Source of the DNA: Candidatus Sysuiplasma jiujiangense
Lineage (GTDB): Archaea > Thermoplasmatota > Thermoplasmata > Sysuiplasmatales > Sysuiplasmataceae
Length of the DNA stretch: 64,000 nucleotides
Assembly (NCBI GenBank): GCA_019721075.1
Contig: JAHEAD010000007.1
Coordinates: 1 to 64,000, forward strand
Direction: 5' to 3'
The notes below the pieces were generated by a model that worked only from the letters and a program-made list of their open reading frames with translations, did no database searches and was not told where the DNA came from. The position numbers were made by a program, and so were the translations under genes. Positions 57,839-64,000 of the stretch are shown in pieces. Each line of letters begins with the position of its first letter. Positions within the stretch are counted from its first letter, which is position 1.

Positions 57839-59509
57839 TCAGTTATGTGTGTAGTAGAAGAGCAGTTTCTCTCCTTTCCTTCTCAGATTCACGAACCCGA
57901 ACCTCTCAAACTGGATTGGCACGTCGATAGCTACGTCCTTTACCGATGGTTCCGCAAATCCGCTTATCTTTGATCCGTCCACCATCACAACCTCGCACGG
58001 AACTGCGCCGTCAACTGGTGCCCACTGTATTCTCGGTATGTTTTTGTTATCTCTTCCGGTGAATAATCCCTTCCTTCCGCTGAGAACGAGATTGCAGTAG
58101 TCTTTCAGCCTTATCTCCTGTCCTCTGAATCGGTCCGCGTCTGCGGAAGGTATATACACATACCTTCCCGCGTCTATGCGCCTCTTGCCTTTTTCCGGCC
58201 GATCCGGATGAAGCGGTACCTCCACGTAATCTATGTCCGGGGCGTTCTCTATTTCAATTCTCGCTGGGGTGTCGGCAAAGAAGTACCTGTTTGCATCTGC
58301 CTCAAGGAATTTCCTGTTTTCCGAATAAAGCGACTCCACCGGCACAGTGATGTCATTGAGACTCATTCCGAAATTCAGTATGAAATTTCTGATTGCCTCC
58401 GGCTTTATTCCCCTTGAGCGCAAAGACTGGAGGCTCCATGTCCTCGGATCGTCAAATCCGGAATATTCACCGCTCTCAATTTCTTTCATTGACTTGCTTT
58501 TGCTTATCTTGACGCCAGAAATGCGCAGCAGGCCGAAGTGTTCGAATCTCGGTCCTGTTATTCCCAGTTTGCCCCATATGAATTCCTCCATCAAATCCTC
58601 CATATAGAGGTCCTTGCCTCTGATTACATGTGTCATTCCGAGTTCTATGTCGTCTACGGCCCACGAAAATTCGAGCATGGGCCACACTTTATATCTTGTT
58701 CCCACTCTTGGATGACTCCTGTCTGAAATTCTGCAGAGCACCCTGTCTCTGAAAGCAGGATTCTTGTGCTTCATATCCGTCTTCGCCCTGAGAACCGCCC
58801 TGCCCTCCTCGAATTCTCCGGAGAGCATTCTATTCCACAGAGCAATGTTTTCGTCAACGTGCCGGTCTCTGTGCTGGCACTCATTCCCGTTTTCTCTGTT
58901 CTTTCTCAACTCTTCTGCGCTGCACTCGCAGACATATGCTATTCCCTCCTGTATTAGCCTCAGAGCCCAACTGTAGAAAAGTTCCAGCCTGTCTGATTTG
59001 TAGTATTCTGCATCCCACCTGACGCCAAGCCATTCCAGCCCTTCCTTTATCAGATCATATGAAAAAAGCTGCGGCAACTTTTCTTCCGAGCCTATTGTGT
59101 CGTCATAGATGAGCAGTAATTTTCCGCTGTATTTCTTTGCATATTCATCATTCAGTATTATCATTCTGCTGTTGCCTATGTGAAGAGCGCCGGACGGATA
59201 TGGTGCCAGTCTCACGGTGAAGCCGGGGCCTGCGCCCTCAAGTTGCCGGAGCTGCTGAATCTTCTCCTTTTTCTCTTTCTTCAGCAGTTCAGGCGCTCTT
59301 TCGGTCAGCTCTCTGTTCTGCATTTCCAGAGACATTGAATTGACTTCCGCAACCACTCTGGATATCAGCACCATCGCCTCCTTTGCGCTGGCATTCTTGA
59401 ATTTGGCCATTATTCTGCCCAGAACTGCGTTAACCTCCGCCTTCCCGTCATGCAATATGGCGTTCTGGAGGGCGAGAAGACGTGCCTCAAATTCCATTTG
59501 TTCCGTCAT
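57839..59509 (-). CDS. gltX: Glutamate--tRNA ligase (archaeal type)
   Basis: RLAPYPSGALHIGN, THVIRGKD, KISKS, DDPRTWSL..L..RG, QFERFGF. Confidence 0.96.
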   Translation of the reverse strand: MTEQMEFEARLLALQNAILHDGKAEVNAVLGRIMAKFKNASAKEAMVLISRVVAEVNSMSLEMQNRELTERAPELLKKEKKEKIQQLRQLEGAGPGFTVRLAPYPSGALHIGNSRMIILNDEYAKKYSGKLLLIYDDTIGSEEKLPQLFSYDLIKEGLEWLGVRWDAEYYKSDRLELFYSWALRLIQEGIAYVCECSAEELRKNRENGNECQHRDRHVDENIALWNRMLSGEFEEGRAVLRAKTDMKHKNPAFRDRVLCRISDRSHPRVGTRYKVWPMLEFSWAVDDIELGMTHVIRGKDLYMEDLMEEFIWGKLGITGPRFEHFGLLRISGVKISKSKSMKEIESGEYSGFDDPRTWSLQSLRSRGIKPEAIRNFILNFGMSLNDITVPVESLYSENRKFLEADANRYFFADTPARIEIENAPDIDYVEVPLHPDRPEKGKRRIDAGRYVYIPSADADRFRGQEIRLKDYCNLVLSGRKGLFTGRDNKNIPRIQWAPVDGAVPCEVVMVDGSKISGFAEPSVKDVAIDVPIQFERFGFVNLRRKGEKLLFYYTHN

Positions 59510-59616
59510 TCAAACCTATCCTGTGTATGCTCCATGTATATTAATGCGGAGAGTCCAGCCTCATTTTAATATACCCTGCCGGTTTAATTATTGCCTGTCC
59601 GGAGCCAGGGAACTCT

Positions 59617-61188
59617 TTGACTTACATAAGAGAAGGTAAAATCAGCGAAAGGCTGTACCAGAGGAATATTGCTGCCGCCGCCGGAGAACTGTCAACACTA
59701 GTTGTTCTGCCCACCGGTCTCGGTAAAACCGTTATAGCACTGCTTGTCATTGATAATGTGCTGGCGAATTCCCCGGGAAAAATACTGTTCATGGCTCCCA
59801 CGAAGCCCCTGGTGGAACAGCATTTCAACTTTCTGAAGGAAAAACTCACACTGGCTGAAGGGGACATGGCTCTGATGACCGGTGAGATTCCTGCCGGCGT
59901 CCGCAGCAGACTGTGGAAGACTTCAAAGGTAATTGTCTCCACGCCACAGGTCGTCGAGAATGACGCTGAATCCGGCCACTGTGACCTGACTGGTTTCTCC
60001 CTGCTCATTTATGACGAATGTCACAGAGCAAGAGGAGATTATTCTTATGTCAGAATCGCACGAATGCACTCTTCAGCAGGAGGCGGAGGGCTTGTTCTCG
60101 GCATAACGGCCTCTCCGGGCAGCGATCCATCCTCTGTTGAGGAGATATGCAATGTTCTCGGCATAAGACACATAGAGGTCAGAACAGAGGAGGATCCGGA
60201 TGTGGAACAGTATGTACAGGACACTTCAATCAGGTGGGTTGACATTGAACTCTCTGAAGAACTCTCGGCATTATCGGGTGAACTTCGTTCGATGCTTGGA
60301 GAGAGAATTGAGAAATTGAAAAATCTCAACGCATTGCCAAGAGAGTCCCAGGGTTCTACAAAGGATCTCCTCACTGCGGGCAGGGAACTGTCAATGAAAC
60401 TTTCCGCAGGGATGAAAAACAGAGCGCTATTTGATTCCATGCGTATCCAGTCGGAGGCAATCAAGATCGCGCACTCAATCGATCTCGCGGAAACGCAGAC
60501 TGTATATGCACTCAGGAAATTTGTCGAGAAGCTCATTTCGGAGGCGGATGGGAAGGCATCGAAAGCCTCTTCCTTCATTGTGAGCGATGAGCATTTCGGC
60601 ATAGTGCAGTCGATGCTTTCGTCAATCGGGCACGAACATCCCAAGATCTTTAAATTGAAGGAAATAGTCTCCCGTCAGCTTGAAAGTGTTCCTGCGAGCA
60701 GGATAATGGTATTCACACAGTTCAGGGACACGGCGGAAATCGTGCAGAAGGAACTCTCACAGATTCCCGGCGCGAATGTGGTGAAACTCATCGGGCAGGG
60801 GACACGAGGAGAGGACAGGGGTCTCCGTCAGAGCCAGCAGAAAGAGGTTGTTTCCAGGTTCAGCTCCGGCGGTGCCAACGTTATGATATCCACTTCAGTC
60901 GGCGAAGAGGGACTGGACATCACCTCCACTGACATGGTGATATTTTACGAGCCCGTACCATCGGAAATCAGGCTTATTCAGAGAAAAGGGAGGACTGGAA
61001 GACTGAGTTCAGGCAGGGTTGCCATACTTGTCACGAGGGGAACGAAGGATGAAAGTTTCTATTATTCCTCAAAGAGAAAGGAGAGGATGATGAAGATGGC
61101 ACTGATGGCGCTGAATGAGAAATTGAGCGGCAGGAGCGTCGGCTTTTCTGAAAGAGAGGCAAAGCAGAAGACAATTTTTGAATTCTGA
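59617..61188 (+). CDS. hef: Hef/FANCM-like DEAH helicase without the nuclease domain, with C-terminal PIP-box-like motif
   Basis: LPTGLGKT, APTKPLVEQH, DECHRA.GDY.Y, TASPG, TSVGEEGLD, QRKGRTGR; ends KQKTIFEF. Confidence 0.9.
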   Translation: MTYIREGKISERLYQRNIAAAAGELSTLVVLPTGLGKTVIALLVIDNVLANSPGKILFMAPTKPLVEQHFNFLKEKLTLAEGDMALMTGEIPAGVRSRLWKTSKVIVSTPQVVENDAESGHCDLTGFSLLIYDECHRARGDYSYVRIARMHSSAGGGGLVLGITASPGSDPSSVEEICNVLGIRHIEVRTEEDPDVEQYVQDTSIRWVDIELSEELSALSGELRSMLGERIEKLKNLNALPRESQGSTKDLLTAGRELSMKLSAGMKNRALFDSMRIQSEAIKIAHSIDLAETQTVYALRKFVEKLISEADGKASKASSFIVSDEHFGIVQSMLSSIGHEHPKIFKLKEIVSRQLESVPASRIMVFTQFRDTAEIVQKELSQIPGANVVKLIGQGTRGEDRGLRQSQQKEVVSRFSSGGANVMISTSVGEEGLDITSTDMVIFYEPVPSEIRLIQRKGRTGRLSSGRVAILVTRGTKDESFYYSSKRKERMMKMALMALNEKLSGRSVGFSEREAKQKTIFEF

Positions 61189-61232
61189 TGTAGCGTAACT
61201 GTAAATTAGACAAGCGGCAATACCATTGAACC

Positions 61233-62990
61233 ATGCTCTACAGAGAGGTGGCTGATTTTTACGAAAAGGTCGAAGCCACAGCAAAAAGGCTCGAAATAAC
61301 ATCCCATCTTGCCGACATGCTCAGGAAATCGGATTGCAGTGAAATAGCATTCGTCGTCTATCTCACGCATGGCAGGCTGTTTCCTGATTTCTATCCTGAC
61401 AAGATCGGGATGGCAGAGAAGATGGCGTTGCGTACTCTCTCGACTGTATGCCGTATGGATCAATCGTCAGTGGAGAGTATGTGGAAGGAGTCGGGGGATA
61501 TAGGCCTTCTAGGCGAGAAACTTCTGCTGAAATCCTCTTCATCGTTTCCCGGTAAGGAACTGAGCGTTTCTGAAGTGCACAGATCTCTGGTAAAGATCAC
61601 CACGGCAACTGGCCAGGGGTCGCAGGAGACGAAGATCAGTCTGCTTGCCGAACTTCTCTCCTCATCCACTCCGAAGGAGGCGAAGTACATACTCAGGATT
61701 GTCGTTGGTAAAATGAGGATAGGCGTGGCGGCAATGACGCTTGTAGATGCGCTCGCTTCCACTTTTGGAACGAAGGAAGACAGGGACGAAGTGGAGCACG
61801 CATTCAACATAACAAGCGACATAGGCAAAGTTGCGAAGACACTCTGCATCAAAGGAACTGCCGGTCTGAAGGATCTCAGGCTCGAAATTGACGTTCCCGT
61901 TCGTTCGATGCTCGCAGAGAGGCTTCCCAGCCTGGAGGAAATACTGGAAAAGATGGGCGGGAGGGTTGCACTTGATTTCAAATACGACGGCCTGAGGATG
62001 CAGGCGCACATAAAGAAAGGAAAGGCGAAATTGTTTTCAAGGCAGCTTGAAGACATAACGGAACAGTTTCCTGAAATAAGCCACGCTGTTGCGGAGGCGT
62101 TCAGGGGAAGAGAGGGGATAGTCGAGGGTGAATGTGTTCCGGTGGACGTTAATACCGGGGAACTGCTTCCATTCCAGGTTGTTTCGAGAAGACGGGGAAG
62201 GAAACATGGTGTCAAGGAAGCGGTGGAAGAATTCCCGGTGACGCTGTTCCTTTTTGACATACTGATGGCTGACGGAGAAGAGCTGCTGACCACTCCATAC
62301 GTGGGGAGAAGAGACAGACTGAAGTCGCTTATTTCAGAAAGCGAACGGGTAAAACTTTCAACTGTCCAGATTGTGGACAATCTTAAGGATGCTGAAGACT
62401 TCTTCAATCTCGCCCTCCAGTCAGGATGCGAAGGCGTAGTCGCGAAGTCGCTTGCCGAAAATGCAGTGTACCAGGCTGGAGCCAGGGGCTGGCTGTGGAT
62501 CAAATACAAGAGGGACTACAAATCGGAGATGATAGATACCGTTGACCTTGTGATTGTCGGTGCTTTTGCAGGAAGAGGCAGAAGGAGTGGTACATACGGA
62601 GCCCTCCTGATGGCCACATATGACAGCGGTAAGGATGTTTTTGAAACAGTGACGAAGCTCGGAACAGGTTTCGATGATGAAACGCTGTTCTCGCTGCCGA
62701 AGTTGCTTAAGGATTATGAAGTGGCGTCAAGGGATCCTGGCGTAGAGAGCAGAATGCAGGCGGATTTCTGGTTCAGGCCCGGGATAGTTCTCGAAGTCCT
62801 GGGCGCGGAGATAACACACAGCCCGGTACATACATGCTGCTGGAATGCGGTCAGACAGGACTCAGGTCTTGCGATCAGATTTCCGAGATTCACCGGAAAT
62901 TTCAGGAAGGACAAGTCGCCGTTCGACGCAACCACCAGCAAGGAGATTCTCGAAATGTATAATATGCAGATGAAGAAGACCAGAGACTGA
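61233..62990 (+). CDS. lig: ATP-dependent DNA ligase
   Basis: KYDGLRMQAH, EGE, FDIL, EGVVAK, WIKYKRDY, RFPRF..RKDK. Confidence 0.97.
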   Translation: MLYREVADFYEKVEATAKRLEITSHLADMLRKSDCSEIAFVVYLTHGRLFPDFYPDKIGMAEKMALRTLSTVCRMDQSSVESMWKESGDIGLLGEKLLLKSSSSFPGKELSVSEVHRSLVKITTATGQGSQETKISLLAELLSSSTPKEAKYILRIVVGKMRIGVAAMTLVDALASTFGTKEDRDEVEHAFNITSDIGKVAKTLCIKGTAGLKDLRLEIDVPVRSMLAERLPSLEEILEKMGGRVALDFKYDGLRMQAHIKKGKAKLFSRQLEDITEQFPEISHAVAEAFRGREGIVEGECVPVDVNTGELLPFQVVSRRRGRKHGVKEAVEEFPVTLFLFDILMADGEELLTTPYVGRRDRLKSLISESERVKLSTVQIVDNLKDAEDFFNLALQSGCEGVVAKSLAENAVYQAGARGWLWIKYKRDYKSEMIDTVDLVIVGAFAGRGRRSGTYGALLMATYDSGKDVFETVTKLGTGFDDETLFSLPKLLKDYEVASRDPGVESRMQADFWFRPGIVLEVLGAEITHSPVHTCCWNAVRQDSGLAIRFPRFTGNFRKDKSPFDATTSKEILEMYNMQMKKTRD

Positions 62991-63118
62991 ACCGCGGAAG
63001 TAATTTACATGGCGCCCACAGTAATCCGGATGTCCGTCGGGTGCTCCTCAGGAAACGTGAAATGGGCAGTCATGCAAAAACTTAACAACTTTCATGCCAT
63101 CGTGAGCCCGGATTGGCC

Positions 63119-64000
63119 ATGGAAAGGAGGATCTTCGGATATGCCGCTGTTATGACGGTGCTCCTGCTGATCGTTATCTTTGCGATTTTTCTGGTAACAT
63201 CGGTCTACAGGTTGATTCCTGTTAATTTTACAAGACTCGTGAACGCCATATTCGCCGTCATCATCATATTCTTCATTTTCAGGATCATAACGGGCTTTCT
63301 TTACCGCTATCTCAGGCGCTACCTTGACATCACAAAGGTTCATCCAATTATTTTCATAGTCAACATATTCGGATATTTTATCATCGGCGTGGCTCTTCTT
63401 GCCTCCCTCGGCATAGATGTATCATCACTGATACTCGGTGGCTCACTGATTTCGGTTGTCATCGGACTTGCCGCCCAGACAGTGCTCGCGAATCAGTTCG
63501 CGGGGCTGTTAATAGCCATAGTTCGACCATTCAAGATAGGAGACTCAATTACAATCAACACATGGCAGTACGGCGGGGCGTATCCGGTCCTCTTTCCGAA
63601 ATATTTTTCGGTCGACAGGCTTGAGATAACCGGGTACAGCGGGACTGTAATGAACCTTACAATAAACTACACTACAATAAGCATGGCCAATGGAGATCAG
63701 GTGAAGATACCCAACAATCTGGTCTTCCAGGCAGCGGTCATCATAAGAACAGGCAGTATATCGGTGAAGGCGAGGTACGAGGTACCGAAGTACATACCGT
63801 TTGACATTTTAAGACAGAAAGTAGCTGAAGAAATAGTGAAGCTACCGGACTACAGGGGGGAGGCGGCTGTCACCGTTGACGAAACGACACTGAACACCTA
63901 CATACTTATGGTCGTCGCAAAGTTCAACGGAACAGACGCCGATTTGATGCGCAGCAATATCCATAATCTGCTCATGGGGATAGTTGAACCGCAGAAGTTC
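63119..64000 (+). CDS. mscS: Small-conductance mechanosensitive channel (runs off the window end)
   Basis: Own translation: GIDVSSLILGGSLISVVIGLAAQTVLANQFAGLLIAIVRPFKIGD...VKIPNN. Confidence 0.9.
   Translation, partial: MERRIFGYAAVMTVLLLIVIFAIFLVTSVYRLIPVNFTRLVNAIFAVIIIFFIFRIITGFLYRYLRRYLDITKVHPIIFIVNIFGYFIIGVALLASLGIDVSSLILGGSLISVVIGLAAQTVLANQFAGLLIAIVRPFKIGDSITINTWQYGGAYPVLFPKYFSVDRLEITGYSGTVMNLTINYTTISMANGDQVKIPNNLVFQAAVIIRTGSISVKARYEVPKYIPFDILRQKVAEEIVKLPDYRGEAAVTVDETTLNTYILMVVAKFNGTDADLMRSNIHNLLMGIVEPQKF

Noticed and set aside
61460..62509. 349-aa antisense ORF (also 60045-60644, 46191-46925, 6002-6541)
   Set aside because: Shadow ORFs of well-supported genes; Ser-rich with no motifs

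Overview
Archaeal DNA, most likely an acidophilic Thermoplasmatota genome. This is inferred from two thermopsins, an S53 protease carrying the Thermoplasmatales-type ETGL..W.V repeat, an archaeal GluRS, an ATP-dependent ligase and a nuclease-less Hef. The window has three zones. (1) About 1-17.6 kb is a defence island with many IS remnants. It holds a Schlafen/AlbA_2 pseudogene, a PLD-SNF2 helicase overlapping a type IIG-like adenine methyltransferase, a nest of four IS remnants, an orphan ParB-RHH protein, a NYN nuclease behind a hairpin/U-tract leader, a low-GC HD-CE + AAA+/STAND + HEPN-like protein and an AAA_14/DUF4143 ATPase. (2) About 18-53 kb is accessory. It holds poxB, an ABC-2 exporter, secreted hydrolases (thermopsin, sedolisin, a thermopsin/beta-helix/PNGase A fusion, an atypical clan GH-A-like protein), a membrane-anchored NUDIX-like protein, decaying VapBC pairs, an intact AbiE-like pair, a cas4 relic, an APC permease/Fe-ADH/ALDH cluster and a triple-SnoaL operon. 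Most of zones 1-2 lies between two complementary halves of one IS5-family element. (3) From about 53.7 kb are core genes: pyrK, pyrD, a pilin-like gene, cysS, gltX, hef, lig and a partial mscS. I found no rRNA, tRNA or CRISPR array. The best candidates for undescribed systems are the protease-PNGase glycoprotein-scavenging locus, the HD-CE/ATPase/HEPN-like protein, the leader-controlled NYN next to ParB-RHH, and the TM-NUDIX cassette between direct repeats. All family calls come from motifs read by eye; no database search was run.
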